This document shows, piece after piece, positions 1-13,800 of a stretch of 64,000 nt of DNA (positions are counted from its first letter, which is position 1; every line of letters begins with the position of its first letter). The position numbers were made by a program, and so were the translations under genes. The stretch comes from an uncultured virus (IMG/VR IMGVR_UViG_3300032167_007852) (lineage: Duplodnaviria; Heunggongvirae; Uroviricota; Caudoviricetes). The DNA lies in the IMG/VR virus record IMGVR_UViG_3300032167_007852, positions 1-64,000 of that record. One strand, 5' to 3'. Below the pieces are notes generated by a model. The model had not been told where the DNA came from, did not search any database, and worked only from the letters and a program-made list of their open reading frames with translations.

Positions 1-1791
1 AGTATCAAAATTACTTACATCCAATGAAGTTAATGCATTACAATCACGGAACATACCACCCATAACAGTTGCACTACTAGTATCCCAATTACTTACATCT
101 AATGAAGTTAATTTATTACAATCATAGAACAGATTATTCATATCAGTTACTTTACTAACATCCCAATTACTTACATCTAATGAAGTTAATCTATAACAAC
201 TTACAAACATATAACCCATATTTTTCACATTACTAGTATCAAAATTACTTACATCCAATGAAGTTAATGAACGACAACTATGAAATAAATCATGCATATT
301 AGTTACATGAGCAGTATTCCAATTACTTGTATTTATTGATAATAAATTTATACAGTATCTAAACATACTATGCATATTAACAATATTATCGATATTTACA
401 TATGCAACGTCCAATAAACATTTATGTTTATCTTCAACTGGATTTGGATTCATTACACCAAATATCATCGATGTAGGTAAACTATTTCCTAGTATAGTTC
501 TTATAACATGATTGCTATTCTCGCTATCTATCTCATCACTTATAGTATATCCAGTATACCCTTCATTAAACTCAGGTATTAAATTTTCATATATACTTTT
601 ATCAAATTTATATTTAGCTACTTTATACTTATTGATTACACTCCAATTTTTAGCACGTGCACCAGATAAATTTACAGAGCCTAAACTATCTATACCTCCT
701 ATATATAATTCAGCATTATCAACTTGAGGTAATTGTTCTATAATTCTATTTACCGAAGCATAATCAGAATTATACATGTATATAGTTTTTACACCGCAAC
801 TAGTTAACATTGCAACTGTAACACATGTGCTTTTGATATTCCAATCACTTAAGTCTAATGTAGTTAATGATTGACATTCTTCAAATGCATATTCCATTGT
901 ATCTACATTACTAACGTCCCAATTGCTAGTATCTATATCCTTTAAAGCATAACAGTTTTCAAACAATCCTTTCATAGTTGTACTCTTATTAGTAATAAAA
1001 TTTCTAATATTTCCTACTGATTTTATAGCATGACAATTATGGAACATTTGATGCACATTGGTTACTTTACCAGTATTCCAATTACTCATATCTAATGAAG
1101 TTAATGATTGACAATTAAAAAACATTTGACTCATATCAGTTACTTTACTAGTATTCCAATTACTTACATCTCCTATTGTAGTTAAATTATTACAATAAGA
1201 AAACATATAAAACATATTAGCTACATTACTAACATCCCAATTACTTAAATCTAATGAAGTTAAATTATAACAATTATGGAACATGTGCTCCATATTAGTT
1301 ACGTTACTAGTATCCCATGTGTCAAGTCCTATTATTTCAGTTAAATTGATACATTGCGAAAAATATGCATATAAAACTCCAGTTACGTGTATATTACTTA
1401 CATCTATTGAAGTTAATGAATAACAACGTGTAAATGTCTGTCTCATTTCAGTTACATTTCTAGTATCCCATCCATCAGTATTTATTCTGTATACATTAAA
1501 ACAGCTTCTAAACATACTGTGCATGTTAGTTAACGCACTTGTATCTAATGAAATAATTTCCAATAAAGATTCATATCGAGCACCACCTAATACTGCACCC
1601 TCTTGCCATACTTGACCGAATCGCATTAGCGTAGGCTTCATATTATCATGACTTATAGTTCTTATAACATGATTGCTATTCTCGCTATCTATCTCATCAC
1701 TTATAGTATATCCAGTATACCCTTCATTAAACTCAGGTATTAAATTTTCATATATACTTTTATCAAATTTATATTTAGCAATTATACTCAT
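1..1791 (-). CDS. Second BspA/DUF285-type leucine-rich repeat protein (partial, runs off the left edge)
   Basis: Not in the ORF track because there is no stop in the window. ATG at 1791 after AAGGAG; my translation starts MSIIAKYKFDKSIYENLIPEFNEGYTGY...RTI...PTLMRFG, followed by 26-aa MFxxCxxLTSLDVSNWDTSNVT repeats. Same module layout as the upstream 4181-aa gene. Confidence 0.9.
   Translation of the reverse strand, partial: MSIIAKYKFDKSIYENLIPEFNEGYTGYTISDEIDSENSNHVIRTISHDNMKPTLMRFGQVWQEGAVLGGARYESLLEIISLDTSALTNMHSMFRSCFNVYRINTDGWDTRNVTEMRQTFTRCYSLTSIDVSNIHVTGVLYAYFSQCINLTEIIGLDTWDTSNVTNMEHMFHNCYNLTSLDLSNWDVSNVANMFYMFSYCNNLTTIGDVSNWNTSKVTDMSQMFFNCQSLTSLDMSNWNTGKVTNVHQMFHNCHAIKSVGNIRNFITNKSTTMKGLFENCYALKDIDTSNWDVSNVDTMEYAFEECQSLTTLDLSDWNIKSTCVTVAMLTSCGVKTIYMYNSDYASVNRIIEQLPQVDNAELYIGGIDSLGSVNLSGARAKNWSVINKYKVAKYKFDKSIYENLIPEFNEGYTGYTISDEIDSENSNHVIRTILGNSLPTSMIFGVMNPNPVEDKHKCLLDVAYVNIDNIVNMHSMFRYCINLLSINTSNWNTAHVTNMHDLFHSCRSLTSLDVSNFDTSNVKNMGYMFVSCYRLTSLDVSNWDVSKVTDMNNLFYDCNKLTSLDVSNWDTSSATVMGGMFRDCNALTSLDVSNFDT
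493..1779. repeat. Identical 126-bp direct repeat (493-618 and 1654-1779) encoding the LRR-module cap
   Basis: Base-by-base identity by eye; offset 1161 bp, in frame. Confidence 0.9.
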
Positions 1792-1883
1792 ATTTTTTCT
1801 CCTTTCTATATTAAATAGGCGTATAGAGAAATCTCTATACGCCCTTTTCTCTTATCTATTTGTTTTTAGATAAAAGATTAATA

Positions 1884-4800
1884 TTATTTTCTTCCAGCTT
1901 TACCAAATTGAATTGGTGAATTACTTACAACCATTTCAACTCTGTATTTACCTTCAGTTGTTTGATACTTATCAAACGCATTTCTCATTCCGTTCATTCT
2001 ATTTTCAGGTAATTCATCCTCAGATAATTCACCTTCAAATATGTTTATATTTTTAAGTTCGTGCATATTTTCTTCACTCCATCCCTCTGTAAATCTACCA
2101 AGTACCGAGAATAAACTTTCAACTTCAGATAGATTTATAATAACAGATGAATTAGCAGCTATATCTACACCTCTACCATCAGCATTTTGTACTTCACTAT
2201 TATATATTCCTATTTTTATAGGTTTATCATTAAAGTTAGTTATAGTTATGGATTTATTTGTTATATCATGTGAATTATAAATATATGCACCATAGTTATC
2301 AGTAGGATGTATAAATTTTCCCCATCCAATTATATCCATTAAGTTAACCATAGTTCTTCCGTAGAATTTAGGTCTAATAGAATTATCTTCTAATATTTCT
2401 CCTGTTTGTATAGGAGCATCAGATTCTTCTGATAATTCAACAGAGAATTGTTGATTAGAAACGTTCATAACTGAATCCCCTTGTATTGTATCTATAATCA
2501 TATTACCATCAGAATCAACTCTATTTATAGAAGCAGTTGGGTCTGACATATAAAGTACTCCGTTTTCATAAAGTTCTACGTCTATATTAGCTCTTGGTAA
2601 ATCAATTACTTCAGTCCAAGGTTCTGCTAATGAATAAATTAAAGTAAGAGGATTTTTAGCTAACCATGCTTTTCCTTCTGCAACTGTATTAGCAATTTCT
2701 CTTGATAATTTAATAGATGCTGCTCTATTATAAATTGATGTACCACTATCTAATAAACTTATAAATGATTTATCAAGTGGATAAATAGTAGCATCAGCTG
2801 TAGTATCAGTATATAATCTAGGTATTCTATCACATATCGCAAATCCTCTAGATAAATAATTCGAATAACTATGACCATATGTAAGAACTTCTTGAGAATA
2901 TAATTCAATTCTATAGTTACTAGTACCTACAGAACCTAAAACCCAACCTTCGTCAGTACTACCATCAAATACATCCATACCAGTATTATGAACATGACAT
3001 AACTGTCCATCTACTACTTTTATTTCATCACCTTCAAGAAGTGGTGAGCTAAGTAATAATCTCTCTGCGTTTTCTAGTTGTATACTGTAAGTTATGTGGT
3101 CGTATTGGTCTAGTGATGCTATTTCTTCTGCTGTTAAGTGAGTTCCTATCCATATAGTGATTGGTTGTACTGGTGTTTGTGCTGCTACTATGTTAATAGT
3201 TTCAACATCACAGTGAACCATACCTATGTCTGTTAAAGTATTTCCAACATTATAGAATAATTCATTAACATTACTAGAAACATTCAGTTTAATATTGCTT
3301 ATGTCAATAGTTTCTAGATTATGACATTCTTCAAACAACTCAGAAATATTTTCAGTTATTGTAATAGTGTTAGATAAATCTATAAATTTAATAGATGTTG
3401 CGTATCTAAACATACAAGCATATGATGTCGACATATTAAATTTAGGTAATTTAACTTCCTTTAGATTAGAGCAAAAACTAAACATCCAACCAAAACCGTT
3501 AGCATTAGTCATTTTATCTAACTCAAAATTACTTAGATCGATTGATTCAAGCAATCCACAACCATAAAACATACTGTGTATTCTGTATACTTTACCAGTA
3601 TTCCAGTTACTTACATCTAATGTAGTTAACGATTTACAATTAACGAACATTTCATACATATCAGTTACATTACTAGTATCCCAATTACTTACATCTAATG
3701 AAGTTAATGACTCACAATAAGCAAACATTCTTCTCATAATAGTTACTTTACTAGTATCAAAATTACTTACATCTAACGAAGTTAATGATTTACAAAGACC
3801 AAACATATATTCCATAGTAGTTACTTTACCAGTATCAAAATTACTTACATCTAATAAAGTTAATGATTCACATCTATAGAACATGTAATCCATATTAGTT
3901 ACATTACTAGTATTAAAATTACTTACATCTAATGAAGTTAATTTATAACAATTAGCAAAAGCTGTATACATGTCAGTTACATTATCGCCTATTGTGTTTA
4001 ACTCAATTTTTCTTATATTCGTACAAAGTCTAAACATATGACGCATAGTATTTATTGCATTCATATCTATATAATTAACTTCCAATAACGACTTATGTTT
4101 ATTTCCAATTAAATTGTCGCCATAAGGGTATCCAAATTTCATCATTATAGGTAAATCACCTAAACTCCAAATAGTTCTCTTAACCAATGTCTTAACAGTA
4201 CCGTCAACACCTTCTCCTTCAATCTCTTCGTCATTTATAAAGTATCTTACAAACTCAGCGTTGAACTCAGGTATTAATGAAGCCCAAACATCAGGGTCGT
4301 ATACATATTCAGCAACTTTAATAAATGAATCAGAAGTAACGACAGTCCAGTTCTTAGCTGCTAGAGCTGCTAGTGTTTCTTCAGATATTTCAGCATCTGA
4401 TATTATTATGCCAGGTTCTAATTCTTGTTCTTTTGTAATAAGTTTAGGAACAATCATTCTTACACTTTCAGCATTATTACATCTAATTACACGAAGTGCT
4501 GAACTAAATAAAACTTCAATATTAGTATTTTCGTTTATTGTAAAATTACATAGATCTAACACTGACAAAGTATGACAAGAAGCAAACATAAATTGCATAA
4601 GTGATATTTTAGTTGTATCCCAATTACTCAGATGTAAGACTTTTAATGAACTACAAGCATCAAACATATAATGTGCTGCAACTACATTACTAGTATCCCA
4701 ATTATTTACATCTAATGAAGTTAATTTATTACAATAAGAGAACATATTGCTTATATTATTTACTTTACTAGTATTAAAATTACTTACATCTAATGAAGTT

Positions 4801-7800
4801 AAATTATAACAATTAGCGAACATACTTCTCATAGTAGTTACATTACCAGTATTAAAATTACTTACATCTAATGAAGTTAGTTTATTACAATAACTGAACA
4901 TATATCTCATATCAGTTACTTTACTAGTATCCCATTTACTTACATCTAATGATGTTAATTTACTACAATTCCAGAACATATCAGCCATATTATCTACTTT
5001 ACTAGTATTAAAATTACTTACATCTAATGAAGTTAAATTATAACAATTAGCGAACATACTTCTCATAGTAGTTACATTACCAGTATTAAAATTACTTACA
5101 TCTAATGAAGTTAGTTTATTACAATAACTGAACATATATCTCATATCAGTTACATTACTAGTATCAAAACCACTTACATCTAATGAAGTTAACTTTTGAC
5201 AATTATTGAACATAGCTCGCATATTAGTTACTTTACTAGTAACCCAATTAGCATTGATTTTAATAACATTTATACACCAATCAAACATATTTTCCATAGT
5301 ATTTAAATTATTAGTATCACAGTCATATACTTCTAATAAACTCAATAAATTTTTAGGTATATTTTCTACCCCATCATTTCCAGCCGCACTCTGACCAAAT
5401 CTCATTAATGTAGGCAACTGATTACTTTCTATAGTTCTATGCATAATTCCTTGTCTTTCATTTAAGTAATCAAATACTTCAAAATCAGTAAATTCATCAT
5501 TAAATACAGGTATATAATCGTTAGCTATCATAGCATCATAAGCATAATGAGCAATCATTCCTTTTAATCCCCATCCTAATCCTTCGATTACTCCTCTTTC
5601 TTCTTCAGTTAAGTCATGTACACGACTACTTACTATTTCTTTTACTTCAGCAAAATTATTATTTTCATCTCTAAGTATATTCATAAATACTTCATTTTGA
5701 ATATCTCTTACCCTTATTTTACATAATTTATTACATCCAGCGAACATTCCTTCATATGAAGTAATTTCGTCAAATTCCATTCTATAAATATCAAATAATT
5801 CTAAGTTAGAACATCCTTCAAACATATGAGAGACATTTGTAGGAGTTTTTTCTCCAACACAGATATTTAGATAATTTAAGTTAGTACAGTTTTTAAACAT
5901 TTCAGAATAATCAGTTATTCCAGTTAAGTTAATATCACCTATTTGCATTAATGCATTAGTTCTAGCATCAGGTTCATCTCCACCGAATTTAATTGTTGAT
6001 GGTAGTTTACCTTCAAAGTTCATGATATCTCTATGAACAAAATATCCACCGTGAACATGGTCAGATATAGATAACGCAGAAGCATCATAATCTTCATTGA
6101 ATATTGGCATTACATCTTCGCATACAGTATTATCAAATCCATAAGCTGCAATTGTACATTCATCAACTGAATGAACTACCCAGTTTTTATTAGTAAGTGT
6201 AGTTTTAGCTGTAGATGATAGAGCATCTGGATTATAAGTTACTATATGTCCTTTGTCATTAACATCTCTAGTTGGAAGTTGTGGAAGTAATTTTTCCAAT
6301 GAAGCAGCGTCGTCTAGTTTTAAATATTTGATTGATTTTTGAAAATCTATCATATAAGTTATATCACAATCATCATTGATTATAAAATTGGATAAATCCA
6401 TATATGTAGATTTACATCCATTAAGCATGTTATTCATAGTCGTTACTTTACTAGTATCAAAACCACTTAAATCTAATTTACTTAATAAAGCACAACCCTG
6501 TAAAAATCCATTCATATGAATGACATTACTAGTATTCCAATTATTTAAATTTAATGATTGTAAACCTGAACACCATGTAAATACACAAGTCATACCGCTT
6601 ACATTACTAACATCCCAATTACTTAAATCTAATGAAGTTAGTGAATCACAATGATAGAACATAGCTTGTATAGTAGTCACATTTCTAGTATCCCAGTTAC
6701 TTAAATCTATTGAAGTTAATTTTTTACAAGCAAAGAATACTGATGACATTGCAGTTATTTTGTTAGTTACTAACATACCTTCAACTTTTCGTAAATTTTT
6801 ACATACATTAAATAGGCGTGTTATATCTGTACAGTTACTGATATCAATATACAATACTTCTATTAGTGATAAACGATAGTGGTAGACTTCATCAGTGTAT
6901 AAATTCTGTTCCATATAAGCAGCACCGAATCTAATACTACTTGGAGATTCTCCTTTAAGATTATAAATTTTTCTTCTTATAACCATTCTTCCTTCAGTTT
7001 CTTCTAAAGTCATTATTCCTTCGTTTTCATTTACTACTTCTACTTCATCTGTTGGTTCTACGTAGTTTAATATCACCTCATCTTCTATAACACAATCATC
7101 AAGATAACCATCATTCATAACAGGTATCATACTATTATGTATAGCAGGGTCGAATATATAATCAGCTACTAATAGACCAACTTCAGATGTTATTTCCCAG
7201 TTCTTTTCTAATAACACTTCAAAGCAATAAGGATTTAATCTATCTTGAACAGTAGTTATTAATTTACCTGGGTTTTCTTGTCCGTTTCTATCTGGAAGTA
7301 ACTCTACCAATTTATGTATAGTAGAAGGCTTATCACATTTTAATACTTCTAGATTATTAGTGCCAAGAAGTATTTCTTGATAATCATCTGCAGTAAATTC
7401 AACATGTGTTAAATCAAGTACTTTTAATCGTGCCATTGCTTTAAACATGGAATTGATAATATCGACTTGCGACATATCAAAATTACCACAATCTAATTTA
7501 TTAACATTTGAAACATTACGGAACATTTCACTCATACTAGTTACTTTACTAGTATCCCAATTACTTAAATCAATTTGTGTTAATCCTATACATGATAAAA
7601 ACATACAATGCATAGTAGTTACTTTACTAGTATCCCAATTACTTACATCTAATGAAGTTAAGCCATAACAATCTTGGAACATACCACACATATTAACTAC
7701 TTTACTAGTATTCCATTTACTTACATCTAAAGCATTCAATTTATTACAATAGAAAAACATATAATCCATTCTAGTTACTTTACTAGTATCCCAATTACTT

Positions 7801-10800
7801 ACATCTAATGAAGTTAATGATTTACATTGATGGAATATACCTTGTATAGTAATTACATTACTAACATCCCAATTACTTACATCTAATGAAGTTAATTTAT
7901 TACAATTATAGAACATATTATGCATCTGAGTTACTTTACTAGTGTCCCAATTACTTACATCTAATGAAGTTAATGATTGACAATTATAAAACATACCAGC
8001 CATATCAGTTACTTTACTAGTATCAAAATTACTTACATCTATCGTAGTTAACGATCTACATAAGTTAAACATTCCATGCATATTAGTTACTTTACTAGTA
8101 TTAAATCCACTTACATCTAATGAAGTTAATAATTGACAACTAGAGAACATACTAGTTAAGTATGCAACGTTACTAGTATCAAAATTACTTACATCTATCG
8201 TAGTTAATTTATTACAATTATAGAACATATATTGCATATTAGTTACATTGCTAGTATCAAAATTACTTACATCTAATGAAGTTAATTTATCACAATATGA
8301 GAACATACTATACATATCAGTTACATTACTAGTATTCCATCCACTAGTATTTACGTTTGTAAGATTTGCACATTTTTTAAACATTAATTTACATGAAGTT
8401 AAATTTTCAGTATTCAAGTAATCGACACTTATTAATGCTTTTTCATCTCCAGGTACATAATCAACATCTACTGAAATGGATGTACCAAATCTAACCATTG
8501 TAGGTAAATTCTCATCTAAACATTTTATAGTTCTAGTTACTATATTAGGTTTAGTTTCATCTTCAATTTCATCTATCCAGAAGTATCCAGTAAATTCAGG
8601 ATTGAATACTGGAAGCAAATCTCTATAGATATTCATATCATATTTATATTGAACTACAACGTTACCAACTTCTTTTAAGTTAACAATATTCCAGTTTTTA
8701 GCAGCTAGATTAACTTCCATATCTAATGTATAATCAGCGTTAGTTACAAAGAATCCTGGGTCTTCTACTGTTCTAGCTGGAATTTGTCCTATTATCATAT
8801 TAATGTTATTAACATTATTACATTGAACGTATTTAAGTCCTATTCTATTAGCGAACATTGAACTATAATCTTTATAAGGTAATGTTACATCTGTAAAATA
8901 AACAGTTTTTAATGACATTCCTTGTTCTGTATTAGCACCATCGCAAGAGAATATATGAGTAGCAGGATTACCAGCATCTTGTAAACTCGATAGATCAAAT
9001 TTACTAATATTGACAGTGATTAGTTTAGTATTATTAAACATTCCATGTACAATAAGTGCTTTGCTAGTATCCCAATTACTTACATCTAATGAAGTTAATG
9101 ATTTACAATATTGGAACACTCCTTGCATAGCATTTACATTACTAGTATCAAAATTACTTACATCTAATGATGTTAACTTATGACAACCAAAGAACATGTA
9201 AGTCATATCAGTTACATTACCAGTATTAAAACCACTTACATCTAATGAAGTTAATGATTGACAATTTTGGAACATCCAACGCATAGCAATTACATTACTA
9301 GTATTAAAACCACTTACATCTAATGAAGTTAATGACTGACAATCAGAGAACATATAACTCATATCAGTTACATTACTGGTATTCCAATTACTTAAATCTA
9401 ATGAAGTTAAGTTTTTACAATTAGTGAATATACCTTGTTTAACACCATTAGCATCAGTATAAACTGTATAAATTAGTTTTTCAGTATTCCAATTAGAAAT
9501 ATTTAATATTGATAATTGTTCACACTTAGAAAATAAACCAGACATATCGGTTACATTACTAACATCCCAGTTTTCCAAACCTATTATTTCAGTTAGTAAA
9601 CGACAATTGAAGAACATTTGTCCAATAGTACCTACATTACCAGTATCAAAATTACTTACATTTATTGAAGTTAATCTTACGCATGTATGGAACATGCCTG
9701 CCATATTAGTTACTTTACTAGTATCCCATCTAGTAAGATCTAGTGTTGTTAATTGAGCACAGTTGGCGAATGAATAATGCATAGTATTTACATTACTAGT
9801 ATTCCAATTACTTACATCTAATGAAGTTAATGATGCACAATCTTGGAAAGATCCATATAAAGTAGTTACATTACTAGTATCCCATTTACTTACATCTAAT
9901 GAAGTTAACCTCATACAAGCACGGAATATATAATACATATTATTTACTTTACTAACATCCCATTTACTTACATCTAATGAAGTTAAATTACTACATTTAT
10001 AGAACATATGATTCATAGTAGTTACATTACTAGTATTAAAATTACTTACATCTAATGAAGTTAAATCAGTACATTGGTAGAACATAGCTTGCATATTAGT
10101 TACTTTACTAGTATTAAAACCACTTACATCTAATGAAGTTAATTTATTACAATAATAGAACATATATTGCATATCAGTTACATTACTAGTATTAAAATTA
10201 CTTACATCAAGATTTACTAACTCAAAACAGCTAGCAAACATATATTTCATATTAATAACCTTACTTGTATTAAATCCTTCTCCAAAAGTTATTGATTGTA
10301 ATTTATGACAACCACTAAACATACCACCTGATTCATTATCGTTAGTAATATATATTAGACTATCTGTATTCCAGTTACTTAAATTAAGTGATAATAAATT
10401 AGAACATCCATGGAATATCATAGCCATATTTTCAACTTTAGAGACATTGAAATTGTTTAATCCTACGATTTCAGTAAGAAGATTAGACTCTCTGAACATA
10501 CCTGCCATAGTAGTTACATTACCAGTATTAAAATTACTTACATCTAGTGCTGTTAAAGCTTTACAAGCTGCAAACATAGTATCCATATCAGTTACATTTC
10601 TAGTATCCCATTTACTTACATCTAATGAAGTTAACGATCTACAATTATCGAACATACTTCTCATATCAGTTACTTTACTAACATCCCAGTTACTTACATT
10701 TATTACAGGAAGTAATTCACATCTATAGAACGTAGCATACATATTAGTTACTTTACTAGTAACCCATTTACTTACATCTAATGAAGTTAATTTATTACAA

Positions 10801-13800
10801 GCACAGAACAACACACTCATATCGGTTACATTACTAACATCCCAGTTACTTACATCTCCTATTGAAGTTAATTCATTACACCCGTAGAACATATGACTCA
10901 TATTAGTTACATTACTAGTATCAAAATTACTTAAATTTAATGAAGTTAATTTATTACAAATATTGAACATTGAACTCATATTAATTACATTACCAGTATC
11001 CCATTTACTTACATCTAATGAAGTTAAATGATTACAGTTATAGAACATAGCATACATAGTAGTTACATTGCTAGTATCAAAATTACTTACATCTATTGAA
11101 GTTAATGATTGACAACTACGGAACATATTATCCATATGATTTACTTTACTAGTATCCCAATCACTTACATCTAATGATGTTAAATTAGTACATTGATAGA
11201 ACATATGACTCATATTAGTTACATTACCAGTATCCCAATTACTTACATTTAATGAAGTTAATGATTGACAATTATCAAACATACGGTCCATTCTAGTTAC
11301 TTTACTAGTATCCCAATTACTTACATCTAATGAAGTTAATTTAGGACATTCATGGAACATATTTTGCATATCAGTTACATTACTAGTATCAAAATTACTT
11401 ACATCTAATGTAGTTAATGAGCGGCAGTTACCGAATAAATATCTCATACTAGTTACTTTACTAGTATCCCAATTACTTACATCTAATGAAGTTAATCTAT
11501 TACAATTATAGAACATATTTTCAATATACATTACATTACTAGTATTCCAATTACTTACATCTAATGAAGTTAACTGATTACAATCATAGAACATATATTG
11601 CATACTAGTTACTTTACTAGTATCAAAATTTTCTCCAATTATCAACTCTTCCATTTTTTCACAATCATCAAACATATGATACATATAAGTTACATTAGCA
11701 GTGTTCCAATTACTTATATCAAGTCTTTTTAAATTATGACATCTCATGAACATATAGTGCATCTGAGTCATATTTTTAGTTTCCCAGTTTTCTAAGCCGT
11801 TTATGTATTCTATATTATTACAATCTCTAAATAATCCATACTCAATTCCACTTATATTAGCACAAGGATATACAACTTTGCTTACATTAAATCCACCTAA
11901 GTCTAAATATTTAAGAGCTTTACAGTTAGCAAACATTGCAGCTATATCAGTTAATTCACCAGTAACCCAGTTACCAATACCTCTAATTTCTTCAAGTTTT
12001 TCACAGTTATAGAACATTTGGTTCATATCAGTTACTTTTTCAGGATTAAAATAAGTAGTATCTCCTAATGTAGTAAGACTTGGACAGTTATAGAACATTT
12101 GCTTCATATTAGTAACGTTTCTAGCAGACCAAGTTCCTAGGTCTAGTTTTTGTAGATTGATACAACTAATAAACATACCATACATATTAGTTACGTTACT
12201 AGTAACCCAACCAGATACATCTAATTTAACTAAATTAGTACAATATGGAATAAAACTATCCATATTAGTTACTTTACTAGTATTCCATTTATGTAGGTCA
12301 AGTTCAGTTATCTCTCTACAAGTTGCAAATGTACATCTCATATCAGTTACTTGACTAGTATCCCAATCACTTACTTTTAATTCTTTTATAACTCTACAAT
12401 CACGGAATGTGAAAGCTAAACTAGTTACTTTACTAGTATTCCAATTACTTACATCTAATGAAGTTAATTTATAACATTGATTAAATGTATACCACATACT
12501 AGTTACATTACTAGTATCCCATTTACTTACATCTAATGTAGTTAATTCATAACATTGATTAAACATACCCCATAATGTAGTAAAATTACGAGTATCCCAT
12601 TTACTTACATCTAATGAAGTTAATAATTGACAGTTATAGAACATGTCTCTTGTAGTAGTTACATTACTAGTGTCAAATCCATTTACATCTAATGAAGTTA
12701 ATGATTTACAACTTGTGAACATACGACTCATATTAGTTACATTACTAGTATTAAAATTACTTACATCTAATGATGTTAAATTATTACAACCAGCAAACAT
12801 ACTTCTCATATTAGTTATATTACCAGTATGCCATCTATCTATCCCAATTATTTCAGTAATAGCATTACAACTATCAAATAATCCATGGTCAACGTCATCC
12901 ACAATACCAACTATATCAGTTACATTACTAACATTAAATCCACTAACATTTAAACTAGTTAAAGCTTTACATCCATAGAACATAGCTTTCATACTAGTTA
13001 ATTTAACACTAGTAACCCAGTTACTTAAGTCTAACGTTGCTAATTTTTCACATCCGTAGAACATATAGTCCATGTTTGTTATATTAGAAACATTTAAATC
13101 TCTTATACCTTGTATACTTTCTAGATTGATACAATCTTTGAACATATTAGCAATTGTTTTATTTTTAGTCATATTTAATCCAGAAATATTGACATTAGTT
13201 AATCCTGAACATCCTTCCAATAATCCAGATAAATCAGTTACATTAACAGTATTAAAATTAGATAAATCTAGAGAAGTTATTGCTTTACAATTTTTAAATA
13301 AGCAAGACATATTAGTTACATTTTGTGTATCAAAATTTATAACTGTACTTATATCTTGTAATAATTCACAACCGTTGAACATACTTCCCATTTTTTGTAC
13401 TTTAGCAGTATTCCAGTTAATCATCCCTTCTATTACTGTCAGGTTAGTACATTCTTCAAACGTTCCTTGGAAAGTAGTTACATTACTAGTATCAAATTTA
13501 CTTACATTTAATGAAGTTAAATTAATACATTTATAAAATGTTCTATTCATATTAGTAACTACTTTAGCATCCCATTTAGATACGTCTAATGTTGATATAC
13601 TTTCACATCTTGCGAATGTGTGACCTAAATGTTCAACTTTACCAACATCCCAATTGGACACATCTAATGCTTCTAATTTATAACAATGGTGGAATGCTGC
13701 TTCCATAGAAGTTACATTACTAGTATTCCAATTACTTACATCTAATGTAGTTAATTCATAGCATCGCCAAAACATCCATCCAATGTGCTTTATATTACCA

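Noticed and set aside
493..5153. Diversity-generating retroelement TR/VR pair
   Set aside because: The duplicated blocks are identical rather than differing at adenines, both copies are coding, and no reverse transcriptase is in the window. One elsewhere in the genome cannot be excluded.
512..13536. Plus-strand ORFs opposite the LRR genes, and similar antisense ORFs elsewhere (e.g. 47858-48238, 61184-61741)
   Set aside because: Shadow frames of real genes, with no RBS and low-complexity L/S/T/I composition.
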